Shown here: positions 27,319-35,177 of the stretch, piece after piece | Layout of the letters: every line of letters begins with the position of its first letter | Position numbering within the stretch: position 1 is the stretch's first letter | DNA from: Candidatus Undinarchaeota archaeon | GTDB taxonomy: Archaea; Undinarchaeota; Undinarchaeia; Undinarchaeales; JALTGF01 | Direction of reading: 5' to 3' | Length of the DNA stretch: 62,719 bases | Assembly: GCA_964574035.1 (NCBI GenBank) | Contig: CAZNLD010000005.1 | Location: 1 to 62,719, forward strand | Translations under genes and position numbers: made by a program | Notes under the pieces: generated by a model | Seen by the model: only the letters and a program-made list of their open reading frames with translations | Told to the model about the DNA's origin: nothing | Databases searched by the model: none

Positions 27319-28044
27319 TTAATGAGACCTTATCCAATTAAACCGATTAAGGGCCCTGACTTCTTTCCAATCATCCCATCTCTCTAAGACATGTTTATCC
27401 ATTGCCGTAGTCCATATCGGTTTAAAGAACTCAGAAAGTGCATAAACACCGCGTTTTACTTTTTGTACTAAAGGAGGTCTTTCAGCATGTTTTTTAAGCA
27501 GATAACGACGATACATTATATCAGAAGGATGGTAGGAAACATCGAGCACTTTTTTAAAATCTTTTGCGGCCATAGCACCATTCTCTCCTAAATGATAGAT
27601 AAATTTAAACCATACGGGTGCATTTTCAATATCTCTATTCAGAACAAAGTCCCAATACTCTAGAAGGATCCGTACAGCAAATTTCTCTTCAGATTCTTTT
27701 TTGAGGACAATGAGAGTGGGAGCCTTGCTACTACTTTGAGTTCTGCCTTTTCCCAGACTTATCTTGAAATAGCGCCTGCCTAAAGATGCGATAGACTCTC
27801 TTTTCAGTTGTTTTGCATCCCTAGTTATATGTAATAAATTATTCCCGATAACATTTAGAATAGTTTTGTGCGCCAATTGAGGGCACTCTGATTTACAATC
27901 AATATAAAATTGTTTCAGAAATCCATTTCCTTCTGCTCTTGCTATTTCATGGGCCGTCATGGCCCATGGCATTTTATGAAGATATTTTATTAAACCTGCC
28001 TTAATTGCTTTTCTGTATAGTGGATTGGGATCTATACGAGCCAT
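27319..28044 (-). CDS. Hypothetical protein (possible C-terminal wHTH)
   Basis: 241 aa. KVKRGVYALSEF resembles a wing motif. First gene of a three-gene minus-strand unit. Confidence 0.5.
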   Translation of the reverse strand: MARIDPNPLYRKAIKAGLIKYLHKMPWAMTAHEIARAEGNGFLKQFYIDCKSECPQLAHKTILNVIGNNLLHITRDAKQLKRESIASLGRRYFKISLGKGRTQSSSKAPTLIVLKKESEEKFAVRILLEYWDFVLNRDIENAPVWFKFIYHLGENGAMAAKDFKKVLDVSYHPSDIMYRRYLLKKHAERPPLVQKVKRGVYALSEFFKPIWTTAMDKHVLERWDDWKEVRALNRFNWIRSH

Positions 28045-28126
28045 ATCTATTAGAATGTTGAAGAAAGATAATAAATGTTTGTAACAGTTGAAAAGCTAAA
28101 ATACTACCTAAACTAATAATTTTGCA

Positions 28127-28987
28127 ATGAAAAAATTTGCCTCTCTTCCGGAGCAGTTTTCAAGTTTTGAAAAAAGTAAAGTTGTAATAGCTCAGGCGCC
28201 GTATGCTGAAACTGTCAGTTATGGTAAAGGAGCGGAAAAAGGACCGGAAGCTATTATTAATGCATCAAAACACTTGGAACTTTTTGATTTAGAACTTAAG
28301 AAAAATACAGCAGGAGAACTGGGAATTCATTCTTTAGAGCCGTATGAACTGCCTAAAACCCCAAAAGAGGCCGTTGAAAGTATTTACAACGAAACAAAAA
28401 AACTGCTTAAAAAAAATAAATTTGTCATAACTCTTGGCGGAGAGCATACTGTTTCTATTGGAGCAGTGAAAGCGTATTCTGAAAAATTTGATAATTTATC
28501 GGTACTTTATCTGGACGCTCATGCAGATTTGAGAAATGAATTTGAATCTGAGAAGTATAGTCATGCGTGCGCTTTAAGAAGAATTTCAGAATTTAGGGAG
28601 GACTTCGTTCATGTTGGATGCAGGTCTTTAACCGAGGAGACCTATGAAATTATTGAAAAAAAGGGTTATACCTTTAGATGGGCTCGTGAGATAAAAGAGA
28701 AAGGGCCTCAGATTGAACAGATTCTAAAAGAACTGCAGGAAAACGTGTATGTAAGCATTGATATAGATGTTTTAGACCCGAGTATTATGCCTTCAACAGG
28801 CACTCCTGAACCAGGCGGATTGAATTGGTATGAAATTACTAAAATTTTAAAAGAGGTTGGAAAGCAAAAAAATATTGTCGGCTTTGATTTGGTTGAACTT
28901 GCTCCAAAAAAGGGACTAGATGCACCTGATTTTACAGCAGCAAAACTAGTATACAAACTACTAGGGTACTCTTTAATTCAGAAATAA
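28127..28987 (+). CDS. speB: Agmatinase/arginase-family ureohydrolase
   Basis: LGGEHTVS, YLDAHADL, SIDIDVLDPS, EPGG. Confidence 0.85.
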   Translation: MKKFASLPEQFSSFEKSKVVIAQAPYAETVSYGKGAEKGPEAIINASKHLELFDLELKKNTAGELGIHSLEPYELPKTPKEAVESIYNETKKLLKKNKFVITLGGEHTVSIGAVKAYSEKFDNLSVLYLDAHADLRNEFESEKYSHACALRRISEFREDFVHVGCRSLTEETYEIIEKKGYTFRWAREIKEKGPQIEQILKELQENVYVSIDIDVLDPSIMPSTGTPEPGGLNWYEITKILKEVGKQKNIVGFDLVELAPKKGLDAPDFTAAKLVYKLLGYSLIQK

Positions 28988-29320
28988 TTATTCTTCTGCT
29001 TCTTCAGTTATTCCGGGTATGAACTGCTCTTCTTCCGGTTCTTCCGGCTGCATGGTGCCTTCAAGTTTTTTAGGAACCGTTACTAAGACAATGTCATCGC
29101 ATGCCAGAACTTCTCGGTATGGAATTAAAATTGTTTTATTGATGTCCTTTGATTTTGAAACAGTATCGTAAAGATAGCTGTTTTTGGACATCTTGACCGC
29201 AAAACCATATAAAGAACCTTTTTCAGTGTCTAGCATAGCATCTTCTATTTTGCCTACATACTGAGCGTTCCTTGTGAAAACGTCTCTCCCGGAAAGTGTT
29301 GTTAGATTAACCACTGTCAT
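28988..29320 (-). CDS. PRC-barrel domain protein
   Basis: GRDVFTRNAQYVGKIEDAMLDTEKGSLYGFAV pattern with an acidic tail. Confidence 0.6.
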   Translation of the reverse strand: MTVVNLTTLSGRDVFTRNAQYVGKIEDAMLDTEKGSLYGFAVKMSKNSYLYDTVSKSKDINKTILIPYREVLACDDIVLVTVPKKLEGTMQPEEPEEEQFIPGITEEAEE

Positions 29321-29552
29321 TTTCTCCCTTTGTTGATTAGTTTTTAGGTTTATATAAGTTTTGTTGATAGTTATTAGTTAATGGTAATGTCTATTGTATA
29401 ATCAGTAATCGCTGACTATTCCTGAATTTATAGTTACACTACCCAGCAGTTGGCAATTACACAAGCCATTTACGATTTACTATGTACTATTAATCAGTAA
29501 TTTAGGAAAACCTTTTAAACTGTATTTAATTAATAAGTGTGGGTGACTTCAA

Positions 29553-29762
29553 ATGAGTGAATTAAGAGATAAAGTAGAAGTTGATATAAAGGCCCTCGAA
29601 AAAATGCTTGATGTTGCTGTTGAAAAACTGGAGCATGCCGAGGATAAAATTATTGTACATGTAAAACAAGATGTTGTTGGCAGGGCAATCGGCCCAAGCG
29701 GTTCTGTTGTCAGAAGCGCTGAAATGGTTCTTGGAACGCCAATAAAAGTGAAACCAATTTAA
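29553..29762 (+). CDS. Small KH-domain-like RNA-binding protein
   Basis: VVGRAIGPSGSVVRSAEMVLG resembles the KH GxxG loop context. Confidence 0.5.
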   Translation: MSELRDKVEVDIKALEKMLDVAVEKLEHAEDKIIVHVKQDVVGRAIGPSGSVVRSAEMVLGTPIKVKPI

Positions 29763-29773
29763 AGCGTAACAAA

Positions 29774-30400
29774 GTGAAAAAGAAAAAGTATCATTTTACT
29801 CAGAAAGAAATCTCTCATTTGTCCATATCAGTTCTTGTAATGTCATTTGTTGTTGCTTACAGCATGATTTCTGGTACAATAAGTGGTTTTATTGAAACAA
29901 GTACTGCAATTTTAATGACAATGCCAAGCAGTTTCGTCATTATTGCACCGGCTTTTGTTCTGCATGAGCTTGGACATAAATTAACTTCTCAGAGGTTTGG
30001 CTTTCAGGCGGAATACAGGATGTGGACGCAAGGGTTGATGTTTGCTCTTTTAATTACAATTATTTCAGGAGGTAAATTTATTTTTGTTGCCCCCGGCGCC
30101 GTTTACTTTGGCGGAGGGGTCAGAAAAGCTTCTCTGGAAGATACTGCAAAAATTGGTATTTCAGGGCCCTTGGTTAATTTAATGCTTGCCGGTATATTTG
30201 GAGCCGTTGCTTCCGTTTCATCCGGCGTAATAGGAATGATCGGCTCCTACGGAGCTTATGTTAATGCCTGGCTTGCTATTTTCAATTTAATTCCTTTTGC
30301 TCCTTTAGATGGAGAAAAAATATTCAAGTGGAATAAAAAAATCTGGGGAGCAGTAATATTTTTAGGAATTGCAGCATTTATTGCTTCAATGTTTATTTGA
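29774..30400 (+). CDS. Site-2 protease family (M50) membrane metalloprotease
   Basis: HELGH and NLIPFAPLDG motifs, multiple TM helices. GTG start. Confidence 0.85.
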   Translation: MKKKKYHFTQKEISHLSISVLVMSFVVAYSMISGTISGFIETSTAILMTMPSSFVIIAPAFVLHELGHKLTSQRFGFQAEYRMWTQGLMFALLITIISGGKFIFVAPGAVYFGGGVRKASLEDTAKIGISGPLVNLMLAGIFGAVASVSSGVIGMIGSYGAYVNAWLAIFNLIPFAPLDGEKIFKWNKKIWGAVIFLGIAAFIASMFI

Positions 30401-31373
30401 GTTTTTCTGAAAATTTTTGAAGCATTTTCTTTCCTTTTATTTCTTTTTTGAAAAGTTCAACTTCAATTAAAACTTGGTTTTTGAATTTTTCTTTTAATTC
30501 TTTGAGTCTTTTTTCCTGTATTTTCCTTCTTTCTTTGCAGAAGCTGCAGTCCTTGTTTTTTGGCTGAATTTGATTTATAATTATTTTTTCAACAGGAATT
30601 TTATATTCATTTAACTTCTCCAATGCTCGTTCTGTTTCAGAAACTGCCATTTCCTGAGGGATTGTAACTAATACAAATGTCGTCTGTTTTGGATCGGAGA
30701 GTGCTTCCCTGCCCTTTTCTATCCTTTTCTTCATTTTTTCCAAATTGTCAAGTGCTTCTTTTTTAGGATCTTTTTCTTCTGTTTCAGAAAAAGGAAGTAT
30801 TTTTTTGAACATATTCATTGCATTTGAAAGCTGCATCTTTACTTTGAGCATTTTGCCGACCCAAGAATCCATTATTTCAGGGAGAGAAAGGAACTTTAAG
30901 GTATGACCGGTAGGTGCAGTGTCAAAAACTACATAGTCGTATTCTGAAGTATCAAGGAACTTGAGAAATAAGTCAAAGGCCGCCATTTCATCCATTCCCG
31001 GCATTGAACCAATATCAGACATGCCGCCCATTAATTGTTCCGGGTTTAAGCCGGGCATTCCGCCCATTTCGGGCATTCCTGGAAATTCGGGTGCATCCGG
31101 AGTATCCTCTGTTTCTATTTTAGGAGATTCCAATTTTTCTTTGAATTTTTCCATTTCTTTTTCGGGATTGATTTCAATTGCCCATAAGTTTTCAAAAATT
31201 TTCTTTTCTTCAGGACCTATTTTCTTTTCAAATGAATCTGAAAGTGAATGCGCAGGATCGGTACTTACAATTAGAGTTAAGTTGCCGTCATTTGCAAGTT
31301 TCAATGCAGTAGCTGCAGCTGCGGTTGTTTTTCCTACTCCTCCTTTTCCTCCAAATAAGATAAATTCAGTCAT
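30393..31373 (-). CDS. get3: ArsA/Get3-family ATPase
   Basis: P-loop GGKGGVGKTT, TDPAHSL, DTAPTGHTL, CSFC (CxxC), and a Met-rich insert GMPEMGGMPG...GGMSDIGSMPGMDEM. Start taken at the ATG at 31373. Confidence 0.85.
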   Translation of the reverse strand: MTEFILFGGKGGVGKTTAAAATALKLANDGNLTLIVSTDPAHSLSDSFEKKIGPEEKKIFENLWAIEINPEKEMEKFKEKLESPKIETEDTPDAPEFPGMPEMGGMPGLNPEQLMGGMSDIGSMPGMDEMAAFDLFLKFLDTSEYDYVVFDTAPTGHTLKFLSLPEIMDSWVGKMLKVKMQLSNAMNMFKKILPFSETEEKDPKKEALDNLEKMKKRIEKGREALSDPKQTTFVLVTIPQEMAVSETERALEKLNEYKIPVEKIIINQIQPKNKDCSFCKERRKIQEKRLKELKEKFKNQVLIEVELFKKEIKGKKMLQKFSEKLK

Positions 31374-31782
31374 TTTTATGTAAGAGCTTTCTTGCATCTA
31401 ATAATTGATATGTATTTTTGGTTAGATAAACAGCTACACCTTCTGATATTTTTGAAGAAACGCGTTCATCATGAAGTTTTTTCTTAATTGGTCCTCTTAC
31501 TTTAGACGTCTGCCTTTTTTCAAGCATTTCATCTGTTATAGAATTAGTTTTAAAGAGAAAGGAATGCAGTGTGTTTCTTGCTCTCCGGTTATGGAATAAT
31601 TTAATACTTTTATTAATATTGCCTCTTGCAGGAAGACTGATATTTTCCCAGTGCCTTGCTAAAGTACTGAGCAGGTTAGAATACTCTTCTGCTGCAAAAA
31701 AATAGTAAGATGCCATAAGAAGCGTCCTCCTGCCTTTGTTGGCAAGCTCTTCTCCTTTCTTAATACATTCTTCTTTTGTCAT
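31366..31782 (-). CDS. Hypothetical protein immediately upstream of get3
   Basis: 138-aa ORF. No motif recognised. Confidence 0.45.
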   Translation of the reverse strand: MTKEECIKKGEELANKGRRTLLMASYYFFAAEEYSNLLSTLARHWENISLPARGNINKSIKLFHNRRARNTLHSFLFKTNSITDEMLEKRQTSKVRGPIKKKLHDERVSSKISEGVAVYLTKNTYQLLDARKLLHKND

Positions 31783-31837
31783 GTTAATTTCTTGTACCTG
31801 AATTTATTTATACTTGATTAAATTACTTTTAAATGAT

Positions 31838-33166
31838 ATGGCAATTCATCCAATTGAATACAGATACAATACACCTGAAATGTATAAACTTTTTGAAGAA
31901 GAAAATATTTTAAAAAAGAGAATGCTTGTTGAAGCCGCCCTTGTTAAAGCTCATTCTGAGGTAGGAAATGTTCCTAAAAAAGCAGCAAAGAAAGTTAAAA
32001 AAGTTGCAGAATCGGGAGAAGTTAAACTGGAAAGAGTAAAGGAAATTGAATCTGAGATTAAACATGATTTAATGGCAATTGTTAAAGCAATGTCAGAAAA
32101 AGCAGACGATTCCGGAAAATATATCCACTTAGGAGCTACCTCATATGATATTATTGATACTGCATGGGCTTTGATTTTTAGAGAAGCTTTGAACTTAATG
32201 CTGGATGATTTGAAAAAATTCAAAAAAGTTTTGAAAAAAGGAGCCGAGAAATATAAAGGCACGATTATGATTGGCAGGAGCCACGGACAGCATGGAGTTC
32301 CTATAACACTTGGTTTTAAATTTGCAGGTTGGTTTGAAGAAAATGAAAGAAATATTGAAAGGGTTGAAGAAGCCCTTGATTTAATTTCAGTCGGACAGTT
32401 AACTGGAGCAGTCGGAACACAGGCATCTCTTGGAGAAAAAGGAGTTGAAATTCAAAAAGAGTTCTTGAAGGAGCTGGAGCTGGAAGAGCCGGGCATTACA
32501 ACACAGATAATTCCAAGAGACAGGCATGCGGAAGTTATTGTTCATTTAGTTTTTATTGCAGAAGCATTAGAAAGAATTGCAAAAGAGATTAGAAATTTAC
32601 AGAGGCCGGAAATTCTTGAAATTGAAGAGCCTTTCAAAAAGAAGCAGGTTGGTTCTTCAACTATGCCTCAAAAAAGGAATCCGTATCGTTCTGAAAGAAT
32701 CTGCGGTATTGCAAGATATTTAAGAGGGAATGCATTGTCTGCCTTTGAAAATATTCCGCTGGAGCATGAAAGGGATTTGACTAATTCAAGTAATGAGAGA
32801 TTAATATTTCCTGAAACGTTTATTTTGACTGATTTTATTTTGAGGGAAGCAAGTGATATTGTTGGAAACTTGAATGTTTATCCTGAAAATATGAGAAAGA
32901 ATTTGAATTTGACGAAGGGAAGAGTTATGGCTGAAGCAGTCATGATTAAACTTGTTGAGAAAGGTTTAGGAAGGCAGGACGCTCACGAGTTAGTTAGAAA
33001 GAATTCAATGAAAAGTTTCAAGGAAGATACACATCTGCTTGAGGTTTTGCTTGAAGATGATGTAATTAAAAAGCATTTGAGTGAAAAAGAAATTAAAGAA
33101 GCAATGGAACCGGAGAACTATTTAGGGACGGTTAAAGAGCAGATTGAACTTGCTTTGAAAGATTAA
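31838..33166 (+). CDS. purB: Adenylosuccinate lyase
   Basis: GSSTMPQKRNP signature, fumarate-lyase family. ATG at 31838 (MAIHPIEYRY) preferred to the TTG at 31814. Confidence 0.9.
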   Translation: MAIHPIEYRYNTPEMYKLFEEENILKKRMLVEAALVKAHSEVGNVPKKAAKKVKKVAESGEVKLERVKEIESEIKHDLMAIVKAMSEKADDSGKYIHLGATSYDIIDTAWALIFREALNLMLDDLKKFKKVLKKGAEKYKGTIMIGRSHGQHGVPITLGFKFAGWFEENERNIERVEEALDLISVGQLTGAVGTQASLGEKGVEIQKEFLKELELEEPGITTQIIPRDRHAEVIVHLVFIAEALERIAKEIRNLQRPEILEIEEPFKKKQVGSSTMPQKRNPYRSERICGIARYLRGNALSAFENIPLEHERDLTNSSNERLIFPETFILTDFILREASDIVGNLNVYPENMRKNLNLTKGRVMAEAVMIKLVEKGLGRQDAHELVRKNSMKSFKEDTHLLEVLLEDDVIKKHLSEKEIKEAMEPENYLGTVKEQIELALKD

Positions 33167-33168
33167 TT

Positions 33169-33762
33169 TTATAAAGTTAAAACATATTTGAAAAAAGCAT
33201 AACCAAACGTTGTAAAATAAAAATAATTTACAGTTAACCCTATAAATTCTGACACAAATAATTTAATCCAGGGAATTGGGGCCATTTTCTTTGCTATAAA
33301 CCCCCTTATTGTATCCCAGAATAAAATTGAACCAATTCCAAGAAAGATGAAAGTTGAATGAGAAATACTTGTTCCGTAAATCCCTACTAAATGCCTTGCA
33401 GTTAAAGTTAACCCAGTCAGAACAATCATATGAGTTACTGCTCCGTTAAATTCGTCCGGCCTTAATTTTATTACAATTAGCATGCATAAGATATACAAAG
33501 GTATTGTGAAAACAATTCCAAAGGTATAAGCGTAAACAAATGTCAGGAAATAGAAGCATTCCACGCCCATTTTCCAGGAATCTGTTTTTCTTGTTATCAG
33601 CATTGCAATAAGAGATAGAAACCATATAAAACCGGCTTTGAAATAATACCAGAGAAAGTTAAAAGCAAGAATAGATAAAATTATTAAAATGACTACTCCT
33701 ACGCCGATGACTATTGGACCCGTGTGTATGTCAATACTTATTTTGCTTTTTTTATTCTTCAT
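33169..33762 (-). CDS. Multi-pass membrane protein, paralogue B
   Basis: WKMGVECFYFLTFVYAYTF...IKLRPDEFNGAVTHMIVLTGLTLTAR matches the upstream paralogue. Confidence 0.65.
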   Translation of the reverse strand: MKNKKSKISIDIHTGPIVIGVGVVILIILSILAFNFLWYYFKAGFIWFLSLIAMLITRKTDSWKMGVECFYFLTFVYAYTFGIVFTIPLYILCMLIVIKLRPDEFNGAVTHMIVLTGLTLTARHLVGIYGTSISHSTFIFLGIGSILFWDTIRGFIAKKMAPIPWIKLFVSEFIGLTVNYFYFTTFGYAFFKYVLTL

Positions 33763-34358
33763 AATAAAATCATGAAAAAGTTCAAAATTTTATAACCGAA
33801 CAAAGTTATGATAAAATAATTTATGATGAATTCAAGAGTATGGTTTATTGCAAGTTTTGGGAGAGGAACAGGAGCAGTTTTGAAAGCAACAAGAGTGTCG
33901 CCAATAAGCCATACAACTATTGTAAATAAAGCTGCGAAAACAAATTCTGGCTGAGTTATGTTTAAACCATAAAGGGAAAAGAAAAATCTTGCAGTTAATG
34001 CAGTTCCCGTCAATACAATTGAATGGACGAACGCCCCACTTCCTTCATCCGGTCTTATTTTGACTACGATAAGAAGGGCAACATAAAGCAAGGGTAAAAC
34101 AAAGAACAAATTAAAAACATAAGCATAAATGAACGTAAATAAATAAAAAACTTCAAGACCTATTTTCCATGAATCCGGGAGCCTCATTAAGACAAAAAAC
34201 CCCAGTGATAAAATCCATACTGTCAAAATTTGAAAATATTTACTGATGTAAAAAAACCCAACCAAAGTCACTAGTAATAAAACAACACCAGCTGCAACCA
34301 GTAAAAATAAGTTGTTCTTTGATTTTATGTATTTTGAAAAGATTTGTTTTAAATTCAT
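33759..34358 (-). CDS. Multi-pass membrane protein, paralogue A
   Basis: WKIGLEVFYLFTFIYAYVF...VKIRPDEGSGAFVHSIVLTGTALTAR. 4-nt overlaps on both sides. Confidence 0.65.
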   Translation of the reverse strand: MNLKQIFSKYIKSKNNLFLLVAAGVVLLLVTLVGFFYISKYFQILTVWILSLGFFVLMRLPDSWKIGLEVFYLFTFIYAYVFNLFFVLPLLYVALLIVVKIRPDEGSGAFVHSIVLTGTALTARFFFSLYGLNITQPEFVFAALFTIVVWLIGDTLVAFKTAPVPLPKLAINHTLEFIINYFIITLFGYKILNFFMILL

Positions 34359-34807
34359 CCTTCCTGCACTAATCGCTCAAGCTCAGAATGTTCCTTTTCT
34401 AAATTGTCAACTTTTTGATTGATTAAAGACAAATATTGTACAACCCTATCCGATTCTGTTTTTTGTAAATCTTCTTTTGATTGAATTTGATCAAGTTTAG
34501 TTTCAATAATTTCAAGTCTTTCACCGAGGTTTCTTAATGACTGGGATAAGTCTTCTTTCGGTTCCATATTTTTTCTTTCTTGAACTGGTTTCTCAAATGA
34601 ATCTTCTTTTTCTTTCTTGAGCGCTTCAGGTTCTTTTAATTGTTTTTCTTCTACTGGCCGCTTCGTTTTTTCTGAAGATTCCTCTTTCGGGATCGGGCTT
34701 GGCCCGGATAACTCTTCTTCAAATTCCTCATCCAAACCAGAAAAAGGGTCTTCTTCCGATTCTGAACCTCTTTTTAAAACTTTCCTTGCTATGTCTTTTA
34801 TTCCCAT
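34355..34807 (-). CDS. Acidic coiled-coil protein
   Basis: 150 aa, E/K/S-rich disordered N-terminal half and heptad-like C-terminal half (LEIIETKLDQIQSKEDL...VDNLEKEHSELERL). Confidence 0.55.
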   Translation of the reverse strand: MGIKDIARKVLKRGSESEEDPFSGLDEEFEEELSGPSPIPKEESSEKTKRPVEEKQLKEPEALKKEKEDSFEKPVQERKNMEPKEDLSQSLRNLGERLEIIETKLDQIQSKEDLQKTESDRVVQYLSLINQKVDNLEKEHSELERLVQEG

Positions 34808-34855
34808 ATATAGAAAGAGTGTTTAGAAGTATTTATGATTAATGGTAAAAAATAA

Positions 34856-35095
34856 TTACATTAAAAGAGTTGCAATGTAAATTGAAAACCCGCTGGACAT
34901 GATGGCTATAGCACCGAGGTTCAATTTTAATGGAATTGGATCTGCTCTTGAGATGAAATACAGAGAGAAGAGGGCGATGAACATGAAAAATAGAGGAGGC
35001 ATTATTTTGTTTGAAAAAAAGATAAGCCAGGATGGAAGTTTGTTACTATCTACCCTTTTCTTATTTTTTGCCTTTTTCTTTGTTTTTTTAGCCAT
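34856..35095 (-). CDS. Small membrane protein with basic N-terminus
   Basis: MAKKTKKKAKNKKR followed by two hydrophobic helices. Confidence 0.45.
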   Translation of the reverse strand: MAKKTKKKAKNKKRVDSNKLPSWLIFFSNKIMPPLFFMFIALFSLYFISRADPIPLKLNLGAIAIMSSGFSIYIATLLM

Positions 35096-35177
35096 TTAGT
35101 TCAGAAATAAGTGCTTTCTGGACTTAAAAATGTTTGGGATAAGAATATAATTGTCTTTTAACATAAAATTTACAATA

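Noticed and set aside
20814-28044. Calling the region an integrated virus, plasmid or transposon
   Set aside because: I found no integrase, transposase, Rep or capsid gene, no tRNA target, and no clear direct repeats at both ends. It is therefore reported as an accessory or ORFan region with unexplained repeats, not as a mobile_element feature.
29399-29501. 11-mer TAATCAGTAAT occurring twice (29399 and 29491) in the divergent promoter region between the PRC-barrel and KH genes
   Set aside because: It is a single short AT-rich repeat pair with no palindromic structure. It could be a regulator site, but the evidence is too thin to report as a finding.
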